NCBI GenBank assembly: GCA_963845145.1
Contig: CAWJQU010000008.1
Span: forward strand, 160,001-224,000
From: an uncultured delta proteobacterium
GTDB taxonomy: Bacteria > Desulfobacterota > Desulfobacteria > Desulfobacterales > QNYZ01
Length of the DNA stretch: 64,000 nucleotides
Direction: 5' to 3'
Shown here piece by piece: positions 9,582 through 19,709 of this stretch. Within the stretch, counting starts at the first letter, position 1, and every line of letters begins with the position of its first letter. The notes below the pieces were generated by a model that saw only the letters and a list, made by a program, of their open reading frames with translations, was not told where the DNA came from and ran no database searches. The position numbers were made by a program, and so were the translations under genes.

Positions 9582-12500
9582 TTATTTGCTCACCCCAAGA
9601 TTCAGTTTGCAAGCGATCTGGCCCTTGTCCACATCTGCTGATTTTGCCGGTTCGGTAATCCGGGTCCGCTCCAACGGCAATCCGTTTGTTCGGGTCAGCT
9701 CATCAATGATCATCTGAGATCGTTCAACCGACAGAGCTACTAAGGTCTCGTCATTCAGGGTTTCACTATTTACCAGTTCTTCGAACAATTTTGAATAAAA
9801 ACCATCCGGATCTACAGAAGGCTGTTTTGCTTCTATTTTCGGCTTCCCCGGCTTGGGCGCTGATTTTTTTGATTCGGCCGACATGCCGAAGGTTCTCTTT
9901 AGGGCGTCTGTTTTTTCGGAGGGGAAGCGCTCCCCGGCCAAGGCCAGCACGGTTTTCTGAACGCCAACATCGGAAAGATTAATGGGACCGGGAACCTGAT
10001 CAGGCCCCATTTTTATTCCCATACGCAGAGCCAATTCTCGCTTGAGTGCGATTTCCTTCATGATTGTGCCATCGGCTTCAGCGTCATAACATCCCTGAAT
10101 CTCGAGGGTAAGTTGGGGCCTTTTTCCCAGAGCACCGGCCAGCCGGGCAAGTTTTTCCATCTCAGGCGGTGGCAATTCCGCGTAGCCGGCATCAAAGGCG
10201 ACGGTGTCCAGTGTCTCCTCATCGGAACCGATCAAAGCCCCCAGAGCCTTAAACGGCGCGGCGACTACTTTGGTCACCAGATTAACAATGGCCTTCCATA
10301 TGAGATGACCATACCCGAACTTGGGATCATCCAGATCCCCGGAGATCGGTAAGCCGATATCGATTCGATCATCAGAATCTTTCATCAGGGCCACCGCCAG
10401 ATCAAGCGGCAGATTGGTCGCCTTGGCGTTTTCAACAGGGTCCCCCAGTACAAAATAGTCAAGGATAAGATCATTTTCGGCCTCGAGTTGGCTATCGTTA
10501 ATGCGGTAGTTGAGATCCAGAAAAAGTTTTCCCGACGATATCTTGCGCCCGGCAAATTCAGCCGTATAGGGCGTTAATTCGGTCATCTCCAGGTTTTTAA
10601 AAGCCATCTTCACATCAAAGAATTGACGAATGTCAAAAGGTTGCAGGTTCCCCTTGATCGTGACTGTCCCATATTGTTGCACCCGCCCTTTCAAGTCCAC
10701 AGATGCGCGGCTTTTCGATTTCGATGACAGGCCTGCCATAGCCCCGGACAGCCCGTGAATATCCACGTGAAAAGGAAATAAAAGGCTGAGATCGGCAAAA
10801 TCGAGTTTACCCCCCTCAATCTGCACCTGTTTGATATCAACCGGAAAAGGTTTGGTCTTGGCCGGCTTCTTTGTACTTTCACCACGCTTGACAATGACAT
10901 CGCTAAAGTTAACGCTTTTATCCTTGCGTATAACCAGTTTTCCGGTGGGGTTGGACAATTTCATTTCATTGATCACCAAGCCGGGTGGAAAGGTCGAATA
11001 CTTGATGCCGCGCGTGTCGAATTGTTTCCAAGACACCAATGTCTCTTTGGTTTTCGGCAGTGTCACCTGCAATTTTTCCATACCCGCCTGACCGGTAAAG
11101 CCCAATGCCCCGGGTTGGAAGATGCCATACTTAAAGTCCCCCTTAATGGATAAATTCCCCGAGTCCAGAGCCACTTTAGCGACCGATTGCAGATATGCTT
11201 CCAGTGGTGATAAATCCAAAGAAGCCAAATCGATATTCGCCGCGATAGTGGGCTTGAACGGATTGACCTGGCCCTTTCCCGAAAAGCGACCGCCCTGTTT
11301 CACATCAAAAGAAAAGTCGAAATTGAAATCTTTATCCGGATCGGTTTTAAACTCATTCAAGCCGAGGGAAAGGTTGGTGAGATTGTATACGGGACTCGGT
11401 GCAATTTTTCGATCGGTAAAAGATAGGGCGAACTTGTCTAACTTTGCACTTGACAGTTCGAAAGACCATGGCGTTTGTTCCCCAGCCTCATTGGTACCCT
11501 CGCTTGGTTCTGTCTTTGTAGCCTTTTTGTCCTGGGCATCGGCTTCAGTAGTATCCTGATTATCACCCTGATTATTATCCTGATTATCAGAAAGGTCATC
11601 GTTTGAGCGACCTTTAAACCGGCTAAAATTCAAAACGCCGTCTTTATCTGTCCATAACGCCACCTGCCCTTGGTCCAAGGTCATTTCGCGGATCAGGGCC
11701 TTTTTCCCGACAAAGTCCACCAAACCGCCGCCAATATTTACTTTCGGCAAATCAACCAACGCCGCGTCTTCCCCCGTCTGGTGTAACGTCGCCTTCTCCA
11801 GTGCCAGGGTGATATCTTCAAGCAATGTTTTTTGTTGCATCTCCGGCGGGGTTTTACCCGTCTGGAATGAACCCGTTTGGAATGAAAAGGAAAGATCAAC
11901 GCGGCCGATATCCAAATCCATCGGGGTTTGCCGGCTTTCGTCCTTATACTTTAGCGCCACATTATTGAGATCAATCTTATCCATTATCAGGTTAAACCCA
12001 CCGTCATTGGGTTTTTCAACAGGCTCAGGCACATCTTCTTTCGCTTTTTTGCTCTCAGCCACAATCCGTGGCCAGTTAAATTGTCCAACTTTATCCACGT
12101 TGAGCAAAACTTCGCCGTCGGTGATATTCAAGCGCCCGATCTTGTATTTTTTTGATGCCAGGTCGAAACGACCGTCACTCATATGGATTCGATCGAGTGC
12201 CAAGAGCTGGGATTCCCCCTCCCCTTTCAACATCAACTGCAACCCGGAAATCAGGGCCGTCACTTTATCCAGCACAAATTGGAACGTTCCATCCCGGTTG
12301 CTGATAAAATAAGACATGTTAAGATCGGTTGTACCGGCGGGCTGAACCAGGTTCAACTCATCTTGTAGAAATAACCAAATGATACTTTCCTTAAAATTGT
12401 TCAGCGCCAAGGTGCCCTTGGATTCAAAAGGCGCCAATGATGTGGTACCCTCCCACTTGAGCGTCCCACCCTTTGGCAGAGCGACCGCTATGGTGTGCGC

Positions 12501-13127
12501 CCCTTCCTTTTCCGGTATCGTGCTTAAATCGCTAATTTCAAGATCAATGGGATCCATCTGAATTTCGGCAGGGGTCGCATCCGACTGATCGGCAAACAAA
12601 AGATGCCCATCACTAATATAAATACGATCGAAGGATAACCGCGGTAGCCCCTTCTCTTCGACATCATTGTTGGCGGGTGTCGTCTCGGCTTCGTCCTTTT
12701 TTGAAGCATCGGAAATCAGGCGCCCCAGATTCATCCCGCCATCAGGTTCGAGGCGAATGGATAATTCAGGCCGAGTCAGCCCAATCTCGCCAAATGTCCA
12801 GGCCCGCCGCAGCAAACTCTTTAGTTCAAAGTTCGCCAAAAAACGGTTAAATGAAAACAGGTGGGTCCCATCCGCCTCGAGAAGCGCCACGTCTTTGAGC
12901 TCTAGACTCAGCGCAAAAGGATTGACGTGCACCTTTTTAATAGTCAATTGGCGGCCGAGATTACGTTTGACGTAACCTTCCAGCTGGCCTTTAACGAGAT
13001 AGGGAGCTAAAAAAAACCCGGCCAGCGTATAAACCAACAGCACGGCAACACCAATGATAAATGGCTTTCCCGAAATAATTTGCCTAAATATCGATGTCGG
13101 CTGGTTATTTTTTGAAACGGTATTCAT
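9582..13127 (-). CDS. DUF748 domain (AsmA-like) membrane-anchored protein with C-terminal OmpA-like region
   Basis: N-terminal TM YTLAGFFLAP, VNPFALSL, repeated beta-rich modules, LPLDLAVALMKD..DIGLPISGDLDDPKF. Confidence 0.8.
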   Translation of the reverse strand: MNTVSKNNQPTSIFRQIISGKPFIIGVAVLLVYTLAGFFLAPYLVKGQLEGYVKRNLGRQLTIKKVHVNPFALSLELKDVALLEADGTHLFSFNRFLANFELKSLLRRAWTFGEIGLTRPELSIRLEPDGGMNLGRLISDASKKDEAETTPANNDVEEKGLPRLSFDRIYISDGHLLFADQSDATPAEIQMDPIDLEISDLSTIPEKEGAHTIAVALPKGGTLKWEGTTSLAPFESKGTLALNNFKESIIWLFLQDELNLVQPAGTTDLNMSYFISNRDGTFQFVLDKVTALISGLQLMLKGEGESQLLALDRIHMSDGRFDLASKKYKIGRLNITDGEVLLNVDKVGQFNWPRIVAESKKAKEDVPEPVEKPNDGGFNLIMDKIDLNNVALKYKDESRQTPMDLDIGRVDLSFSFQTGSFQTGKTPPEMQQKTLLEDITLALEKATLHQTGEDAALVDLPKVNIGGGLVDFVGKKALIREMTLDQGQVALWTDKDGVLNFSRFKGRSNDDLSDNQDNNQGDNQDTTEADAQDKKATKTEPSEGTNEAGEQTPWSFELSSAKLDKFALSFTDRKIAPSPVYNLTNLSLGLNEFKTDPDKDFNFDFSFDVKQGGRFSGKGQVNPFKPTIAANIDLASLDLSPLEAYLQSVAKVALDSGNLSIKGDFKYGIFQPGALGFTGQAGMEKLQVTLPKTKETLVSWKQFDTRGIKYSTFPPGLVINEMKLSNPTGKLVIRKDKSVNFSDVIVKRGESTKKPAKTKPFPVDIKQVQIEGGKLDFADLSLLFPFHVDIHGLSGAMAGLSSKSKSRASVDLKGRVQQYGTVTIKGNLQPFDIRQFFDVKMAFKNLEMTELTPYTAEFAGRKISSGKLFLDLNYRINDSQLEAENDLILDYFVLGDPVENAKATNLPLDLAVALMKDSDDRIDIGLPISGDLDDPKFGYGHLIWKAIVNLVTKVVAAPFKALGALIGSDEETLDTVAFDAGYAELPPPEMEKLARLAGALGKRPQLTLEIQGCYDAEADGTIMKEIALKRELALRMGIKMGPDQVPGPINLSDVGVQKTVLALAGERFPSEKTDALKRTFGMSAESKKSAPKPGKPKIEAKQPSVDPDGFYSKLFEELVNSETLNDETLVALSVERSQMIIDELTRTNGLPLERTRITEPAKSADVDKGQIACKLNLGVSK

Positions 13128-13395
13128 TTGACTCCTTTATCAATCTGAAATGCCATTTTCTGTCTGTCAAACCAGATGCACCATCCGGCCGGTACAAGAG
13201 GTTTTAACAAGTCGGAATAATCTCTACCGGGTTCTCCGCTTCAAATCAAGCGCCAAAATGTTCGGTTAAAATGGCTCCGCCCTTATGGCAAACGACAGCG
13301 CCTAAAGACACCGCAAAGGATCATGCTTCGGTGGTTCGCATCAGATGGTATTTTTAGTGACACTTTCGGGCGCCTCGGCTTGTTCCATTTTCATC

Positions 13396-13443
13396 TTGAC
13401 ACGACCAACGGACGAGAGTACAAGTTGTCCTATTTGTGACAAC
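13396..13443 (+). promoter_or_regulatory. Sigma70-type promoter plus 20-bp palindromic operator for the methyltransferase-pylScCD unit
   Basis: TTGACA (13396), 17 nt, TACAAG, then GTTGTCCTATTTGTGACAAC (13424-13443; GTTGTC-N8-GACAAC). Confidence 0.7.
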
Positions 13444-13570
13444 CGTAGTCATGAGAATCACAAAACCCTTTAAACGGAAACTTAAAACCGAGGTATCCGA
13501 AGTTAGCGACCATCATTGGGTTTCAGACAATGTGCCATCATTATCGTTCAAATAGAGAGGAGACGAAAAT

Positions 13571-14368
13571 ATGTTTATCGTGGGAGAGTTGATCAATGCC
13601 AGCCGAAAAAAAATTGGCGAGGCTATATCCAATGGAGATTCTGAAAGTATCAAAAAAATCGCATTGGATCAAAAGGAAGCGGGTGCTGATTTTATAGATG
13701 TTAATGCCGGCATTTTTGTCGAGGAAGAGCCGGAATATATCAAATGGCTTGTCGACAATGTCCAACAAGTCGTCGATTTGCCTTGCAGCATTGACAGCCC
13801 AAGTCCGACCGCTATTGAGTCTGCTTTATCGGCACACAAGGGAACCCCCATGATTAATTCCATCTCCTTGGAAAAAGAGCGCTATGATGCCTTGATGCCC
13901 ATTGTCGCCGGTACGGATTTCAAGGTGGTCGCCCTATGTATGAGTGATAAAGGCATGCCCGAAACCGTTGACGACCGATTGGTAATTGCCGATAAATTGG
14001 TCAACAGTCTTCTTCAAAACAATGTAGATATCGACAATATTTTTGTCGATCCGCTGGTCCAGCCCATCGCCACAAACACGGATTTCGGCATCGGTTTTTT
14101 AAACGCCATCGAAGCGATTATCAACAACTTCCCCGGCATCCATACCATGTGCGGCCTGTCCAACATCTCCTTTGGCCTGCCCAACCGGTTGTTACTGAAT
14201 CAGCTATTTGCCGTGATGGCTATCGCCAAAGGATTGGATGGCCTGATCATTAATCCGCTGGATAAAAAGATGATGGCCAATATCATTGCCGCGGAAGCAC
14301 TCGCCGGAAAGGATGAGTATTGTACCCAATTCATCGAAGCCTACCGGGACGGAAAATTTCAGGAGTAA
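13571..14368 (+). CDS. Methylcorrinoid:tetrahydrofolate methyltransferase (AcsE-like pterin-binding MT2)
   Basis: IVGELINASRK, FIDVNAG, SIDSP, INSIS, VDPLVQP and CGLSNISFGLP motifs of the pterin-binding methyltransferase family. Confidence 0.88.
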   Translation: MFIVGELINASRKKIGEAISNGDSESIKKIALDQKEAGADFIDVNAGIFVEEEPEYIKWLVDNVQQVVDLPCSIDSPSPTAIESALSAHKGTPMINSISLEKERYDALMPIVAGTDFKVVALCMSDKGMPETVDDRLVIADKLVNSLLQNNVDIDNIFVDPLVQPIATNTDFGIGFLNAIEAIINNFPGIHTMCGLSNISFGLPNRLLLNQLFAVMAIAKGLDGLIINPLDKKMMANIIAAEALAGKDEYCTQFIEAYRDGKFQE

Positions 14369-14584
14369 CCCCTATTCCACATCCACCAGCCATGAAAATA
14401 AAACCAACCGATATCCGTAAGATGCCCCCACCTTGGTTTACGGTTATGACGGTTATGGATGATCCGTGCCCGCTTGGCATGGGAGGCACTTGGACAAAAA
14501 GAGGGCCAGAAAAAACGCGTCCCCGCTTCGATGGGTAGGAAGCGGGCCTTATTCGATGCTAACATCGATGATGGAGGATGAGGT

Positions 14585-15427
14585 ATGACAGTCTGTTTTT
14601 CCAGTACACAGAAAAGGCGGCTAAAAGAGCTGGGGGTCGGTCAATCCCAGTGTGATAGGTTGTTTGAAACAGCCGAAGAACGTGATGGGGGGTTTCAACA
14701 GATCGAAAAGTCGGCGATCAACGTTCAACGCCGCCTTTTGGCGCGGTTTCGTCAGGAGGATCGGCGCCCGCGTTTGTGCCGGCTTGAGAATGCGCTGGCA
14801 GAAATGCTGGCCGGTGAAGGCTTTGTACAACTGACGACACCCATCATGATGTCCAGGTCTTCTTTGGAAAAAATGGGCATTGACAAGGCCCACCCCCTCA
14901 ATTCGCAGGTTTTTTGGTTAGACGAAAAAAAATGTTTACGCCCCATGCTGGCACCGCATCTTTATGCCGTTGCCCGGGATCTATTGCGCATATGGGATGA
15001 ACCGGTACGCATTTTTGAAATCGGCCCTTGCTTTCGTAAAGAATCCCAGGGAGCACGACATACCAATGAATTTACGATGTTGAACCTGGCCGAGTTTGGT
15101 GTTACCGGTTCTTCGCGTCGAGACCGAATTAAAGCGTTGGCAAGTCGGGTACTGGCCTGCGCCGGCATCTCGGACTACAAGCTGACTTTCGAACACTCCG
15201 AAGTGTATGGCGATACCCTCGACATTGTCGGCATGACGGACGATTTGGAGCTCGGATCAAGTGCGATGGGCCCCCACCCTTTGGATCATCACTGGCGCAT
15301 TATTACCAATTGGGTGGGAATCGGATTTGGTCTTGAACGGCTGTTAATGGCGGGTGACCCGGACACAAATATGAGCCGGGTGTCCAGAAGCTTGGCATAT
15401 TTGGATGGTACACGTCTGACAATTTAA
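14585..15427 (+). CDS. pylSc: Pyrrolysyl-tRNA synthetase, C-terminal catalytic subunit
   Basis: CLRPMLAP, IFEIGPCFRKES, EFTMLN, VYGDTLD, ELGSSAMGPHPLD and GIGFGLERL motifs. Confidence 0.96.
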   Translation: MTVCFSSTQKRRLKELGVGQSQCDRLFETAEERDGGFQQIEKSAINVQRRLLARFRQEDRRPRLCRLENALAEMLAGEGFVQLTTPIMMSRSSLEKMGIDKAHPLNSQVFWLDEKKCLRPMLAPHLYAVARDLLRIWDEPVRIFEIGPCFRKESQGARHTNEFTMLNLAEFGVTGSSRRDRIKALASRVLACAGISDYKLTFEHSEVYGDTLDIVGMTDDLELGSSAMGPHPLDHHWRIITNWVGIGFGLERLLMAGDPDTNMSRVSRSLAYLDGTRLTI

Positions 15428-15525
15428 TAATCAGAGATGACATATTAATAAAACATCCAACCCTTTTCCACGAGCTGAAAGATCCGAAAATCATCACCGG
15501 CCAATGAGGTAGAAAGGAAATCGAT

Positions 15526-16713
15526 ATGCATGTTGCCATAATCGGTGGGAAGCTTCAAGGTATCGAGGCGTCCTACCTGGCGGCCAAAGCCGGGTGGCGC
15601 ACCTTGCTTATCGATGCCACCCCAAATGCACCGGCTTCAGGTATTTGCGACCGCACGGTTGTAACAAAAATTCAGGAAACAGCGGCATTTCGAGGACTCT
15701 TCAACGATATCGACCTGATCATCCCAGCTCTGGAAGATCAGGCTGCACTCAACGCTTTACATCACATCGCGAAAGCCGCCGGTATCCCCCTGGTCCATGA
15801 TCGGTCGGCTTACGCCATCTCTTCTTCTAAACGACTGTCAAATCAAATATTTGAAGCCATGGGGCTAACTTACCCGGAACCGTTTCCCATGTGCGACTTT
15901 CCGGCTTTAATCAAGCCTGATGATAAAAGCGGTAGCCAGGGAATTGAAATTATCACCGATGCACGCATGGGCATAACACGCTTCATGGGGGTGCCGCCAT
16001 CATCCGGCATTGTTGCCCAGGCATTTATTCCGGGACCGATGTATTCACTGGAAGTGATCGGTAGGCCGGGACGATATGCGACACCGCAAGTCACCAAGCT
16101 CCATCTGGATGAACAGTATGATTGCAAGGGCGTTACAACCCCTTCCGGTTTGCCGGACACCGTCGTCACCGAATTCGAACAAACCACCATCAAAATCGCC
16201 GAAGCTTTAGAACTGACCGGCATCATGGATATCGAGGTGATCTATGATCGTCATCGCCTCTGGATTATTGAAATTGATGCCCGCCTTCCCAGCCAGACAC
16301 CCACGGCTGTTTTTTGGTCAACCGGTACGAATATGTTAAGCTTACTCGAAGAGATATTTGTCAACGAAGCGTGGGCAACACGACGCCTCAATCACCGATG
16401 CCGCCCTGTCAGTTACGAACATGTTAGTGTATCAAAAAGTATCATGACACTATGCGGAGAGCACATAATGGCCCAGGCGGGACCTGTTCAAATTCAGTCC
16501 GATTTTTTTGGCGCCGACGAGGCAATCTCCAACTACAGGCCAGGTAAGGCTAGCTGGGTGGCGACATTGATTCACACGGCAGACACGCCGGCCGAACTAA
16601 ACGATAAACGGGCAGATACCTTTGATAGACTACGATCCGACCTGGGATTGGCCGAAATATTGAATTCAACGCCCAAAAAGATGTCACTTCCAACCGATGG
16701 AAACAACCCATGA
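15526..16713 (+). CDS. pylC: 3-methylornithine--L-lysine ligase (ATP-grasp)
   Basis: IIGGKLQGIEASYLAAKAG, YDCK, EIDARLPSQTPTAVFWSTG, GEHIM and FFGADEAI motifs. Confidence 0.95.
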   Translation: MHVAIIGGKLQGIEASYLAAKAGWRTLLIDATPNAPASGICDRTVVTKIQETAAFRGLFNDIDLIIPALEDQAALNALHHIAKAAGIPLVHDRSAYAISSSKRLSNQIFEAMGLTYPEPFPMCDFPALIKPDDKSGSQGIEIITDARMGITRFMGVPPSSGIVAQAFIPGPMYSLEVIGRPGRYATPQVTKLHLDEQYDCKGVTTPSGLPDTVVTEFEQTTIKIAEALELTGIMDIEVIYDRHRLWIIEIDARLPSQTPTAVFWSTGTNMLSLLEEIFVNEAWATRRLNHRCRPVSYEHVSVSKSIMTLCGEHIMAQAGPVQIQSDFFGADEAISNYRPGKASWVATLIHTADTPAELNDKRADTFDRLRSDLGLAEILNSTPKKMSLPTDGNNP

Positions 16714-17534
16714 CTCGGCTACACAAAGAAGATATTGAAACGATCTCTCAAGGCCTCTGGGCCTATGATAATCGCTTACGCCTGGTAACGGGGCTATCCC
16801 TTAGAGACCTGGCTGGTCAGGCCGCCGGACTCAATGAAGATGACGCCGCAGCCCGGATAACGGGCTGCCGGGTGTGCGCCGTTCCAATGACCTGCGGTCA
16901 GGGGGTTATAGGTTCATTTGCGGAAACGGTGGGTGCTATCGCATCCCATTTGGGTTTCGATGCCTTTGTAGCCGATCACCCCGATATGGCCGGTATCGCC
17001 GAGGCGTATGACCGTCGTACTGATATCATCATATCGGCCGATGATCATCGCTTTGTGGCGATTCATTTAGGCAACCGGCGGGTGGTTGATAACAACCGGT
17101 CCACCGGAAAGGGGTTTGCTACGGGGTTATCCTGTATGGTTGGCGGATTGAAAGCGAAACCCGTGCTGGTTATCGGTTGCGGCCCAGTAGGCCGGAGTGC
17201 CGCACGACACGCCGCCCGTCTGGGAGCGACGGTCACTATTTATGACACGGTTACTGAACAGTGTCGCCATTTTATTAAAAAATCGCGCCCTCCTTTTAGC
17301 ATAATTGTATCAAAAAATCTGTCGGACACCATGGGTAGCCATGACTTCATTATTGAGGCAACACCAGCATCTAACACCATCAATAGCGAAGCGGTACGGT
17401 CAACAACGATGATCGCCGCCCCAGGTGTTCCCTGTGGTGTTAGTACCAAAGCCCGGGAACTATTGGCAGAAAGACTACTATGGGATCCACTTCAAATCGG
17501 TGTCGCCACCATGTTGATGGAATCCGTTTTATGA
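16710..17534 (+). CDS. pylD: Pyrrolysine synthase (3-methylornithyl-N6-L-lysine dehydrogenase)
   Basis: MTRL start, VPMTCGQGVIGSF, ADDHRF, GCGPVG, APGVP and DPLQIGVATM motifs; ATGA overlap with pylC. Confidence 0.95.
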   Translation: MTRLHKEDIETISQGLWAYDNRLRLVTGLSLRDLAGQAAGLNEDDAAARITGCRVCAVPMTCGQGVIGSFAETVGAIASHLGFDAFVADHPDMAGIAEAYDRRTDIIISADDHRFVAIHLGNRRVVDNNRSTGKGFATGLSCMVGGLKAKPVLVIGCGPVGRSAARHAARLGATVTIYDTVTEQCRHFIKKSRPPFSIIVSKNLSDTMGSHDFIIEATPASNTINSEAVRSTTMIAAPGVPCGVSTKARELLAERLLWDPLQIGVATMLMESVL

Positions 17535-17543
17535 TGATTCCTC

Positions 17544-17592
17544 TTGACATGGGTCGGATCCCTTGTTAACTATTTGTCCGGTATGTGGCAAC
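17544..17592 (+). promoter_or_regulatory. Promoter plus operator copy upstream of the TrmB regulator
   Basis: TTGACA (17544), 17 nt, TAACTA, then TTTGTCCGGTATGTGGCAAC (17573-17592; 15/20 identical to the 13424 site). Confidence 0.6.
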
Positions 17593-17604
17593 AAAGGAGG
17601 CCAA

Positions 17605-18393
17605 TTGGCGCCAAAGCGATACAATATAGATGTAGGCCTATCGGACTACGCCATTTCTGCTTATATTTCCTTGCTTAAGCACCACCCTGTCAATGGATCA
17701 CAATTGAGCCGATATTCCGGTATCCCCAGGGCCCGCATCTATGACGTTTTACGCACCCTGCAGGACAAGAGTTTTGTTACCGAAACCAGTGCAGGGGTTT
17801 TTATCCCTCTTCCTCCGGATGAATTTATCAAGCTATTGCGAAACAATCACGAGGTGAATCTCGCCAAACTGGAAAATTTGATCAAAGATATTGAAACACC
17901 CGATGATCACGATTTTATCTGGACGATTAAAGGATATCAAAGTGTTCTTAAAAAAGCCGAGGAGGTGATAACAGGCGCCCGTTCTGAAATCTACGTCCGG
18001 CTTTATCCCCAGGAAGCCCAAACCCTTTTACCGACTTTAAAGCAGGCTGAAAAAGATGGGGTACCGGTAAAATGCATATTCATGGAACCCTTTCCTAAGA
18101 CCTTTCGCGTCCAGGTAGAACACCCGCAACATAAAGAGGTCGAACAGAAACTAGGGGGGCGATCATTTGATCTGATAGTGGATAAAAAAGAATTTCTCGG
18201 TGGTATGTTTATAGCGGGAAAAGAGGATCAGTGTCGCATTAGTTGGGGCCGTAACCGCTGGTTTGTCATAGCGGGCAGAGATAGCCTGCGGCACGATTTT
18301 TTTCACTATTTCCTATACAAAACGAGTACTTTGAAACAGGAGTTGAATACGTCGGAAAAACGGCTATACAAACAAATCCTTGATGACATGTGA
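17605..18393 (+). CDS. TrmB family transcriptional regulator
   Basis: GLSDYAISAYISLL, LSRYSGIPRARIYDVLRTLQDK HTH and IWTIKG effector-domain start. TTG 17605 follows AAGGAGG and is a better start than 17563. Confidence 0.88.
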   Translation: MAPKRYNIDVGLSDYAISAYISLLKHHPVNGSQLSRYSGIPRARIYDVLRTLQDKSFVTETSAGVFIPLPPDEFIKLLRNNHEVNLAKLENLIKDIETPDDHDFIWTIKGYQSVLKKAEEVITGARSEIYVRLYPQEAQTLLPTLKQAEKDGVPVKCIFMEPFPKTFRVQVEHPQHKEVEQKLGGRSFDLIVDKKEFLGGMFIAGKEDQCRISWGRNRWFVIAGRDSLRHDFFHYFLYKTSTLKQELNTSEKRLYKQILDDM

Positions 18394-18503
18394 TGGTGCA
18401 ACGTTAGGGTTAACATAAACCGATCTGAAGCATGCGCCTTTTAGAGTTCCTATTCGCATTAGGCAGTAGGAAGCCTTACAACCCAAAAGAGAAGGAGTAC
18501 TGG

Positions 18504-19355
18504 ATGAAAAAGACATTGCGGTGTTTGATTATGGTAGTAGGTATGTTAAGTTTTATTGTAGGAAACGGGTTGGCAGCGGATAACGTACTTGATGGAATCA
18601 TGGCTGCAGGTGTCATCAAAGTATCAACGGATGCCAATTATGCGCCCCAGAGCTTTTTGAATGACAAGGGTGAGTTGGAAGGGTTCGATATCAGCGTCGC
18701 AAAAGAGGTCGCGAAAAGACTGGGTGTAAAAGTGGAATTCATCACGCCGGACTGGGACCTGATCACCGCTGGAAAATGGGGAAAGCGCTGGGATCTCTCC
18801 ATTGGCTCCATGACCCCCACCGCCGAGCGCAAACAAGCGTTGCTTTTTACCATGCCCTACTACAGCTCACCGGCGCAATTCGCTATTCACAAAAAAAATA
18901 CCACCATCAAATCCCTGGCAGATCTGGCTGGAAAAAAAATCGGCATTGCCGGCGAGACAACCAATGATCGCTACTTGAACCAGGACCTGCAGATCGAAGA
19001 CACCAAGATCACTTACCAAACCTGGAAGCCTGGTGAGCTCAAAACCTACCCGACCGATGCCAACCACATCGAAGACCTTTCCCTCGGTGACGGTGCGCGC
19101 TTAGATGCCATTTTTACATCGCGGCAGACGATCGCAGCAGCCATTAAATCAGGTTGCGGCAAAGGCTGTCCTATCAAAATGCTGGGCGAGCCGCCCTACT
19201 ATGAACCGCTTTGTTTTGCTTTGGATAAAAGCCGTTCCAACAGTGATCCCCTGGTAGCAAAATTGAATGAAATCATTCAATCCATGTATGACGACGGCAC
19301 CCTAGTTAAACTCTCCATGCAATTTTTCGACACGAATTTAATTCCGAAATTATAA
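18504..19355 (+). CDS. Polar amino-acid ABC transporter substrate-binding protein (SBP family 3)
   Basis: Signal peptide, STDANYAPQSF, GFDISVAKEVAKRLG and GSMTPTAER; ATG 18504 after AAGGAG. Confidence 0.9.
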   Translation: MKKTLRCLIMVVGMLSFIVGNGLAADNVLDGIMAAGVIKVSTDANYAPQSFLNDKGELEGFDISVAKEVAKRLGVKVEFITPDWDLITAGKWGKRWDLSIGSMTPTAERKQALLFTMPYYSSPAQFAIHKKNTTIKSLADLAGKKIGIAGETTNDRYLNQDLQIEDTKITYQTWKPGELKTYPTDANHIEDLSLGDGARLDAIFTSRQTIAAAIKSGCGKGCPIKMLGEPPYYEPLCFALDKSRSNSDPLVAKLNEIIQSMYDDGTLVKLSMQFFDTNLIPKL

Positions 19356-19368
19356 CCAGCTGTTTATC

Positions 19369-19413
19369 CGACCGGTTTTCTGCCCTTTAAGCAAACATAT
19401 AGAAAACCGGTCG
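19369..19413 (+). terminator. Stem-loop after the SBP gene (terminator or mRNA-stabilising hairpin)
   Basis: CGACCGGTTTTCT (19369-19381) and AGAAAACCGGTCG (19401-19413) form a perfect 13-bp inverted repeat; no U-tract. Confidence 0.55.
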
Positions 19414-19709
19414 ATAGCAATGGCACATGTTAAGAACAGGCTACAAGCGCTAACGGTTGGATCCAACACCTTTTTAACCACACCTTCTCATTTTGATTTG
19501 TCACCATGACTGGGGGCCTTCTCACGCCCGGGCGCAACCGCCTACACAGGGTCCGACCTCGATACCCGAACTTTTTCTATTCCCAAATCCTCAATGGTAG
19601 GGACTGCTTTATTTCCAATGCGTTTTGCAGACACCGCTTATTATAGAATGGATAGACTATTCAGCCACATTTTTAACAATTGCAATATCCCTTTTCCCGG
19701 AGATTATAT

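Noticed and set aside
11550..11890. Short tandem duplications in DUF748 (QDNNQGDNQD, SFQTGSFQTG)
   Set aside because: In-frame low-complexity linker expansions; ordinary.
19414..19700. Riboswitch or sRNA (e.g. lysine riboswitch) in the long SBP-permease spacer
   Set aside because: No recognisable consensus; an Rfam search would be needed.
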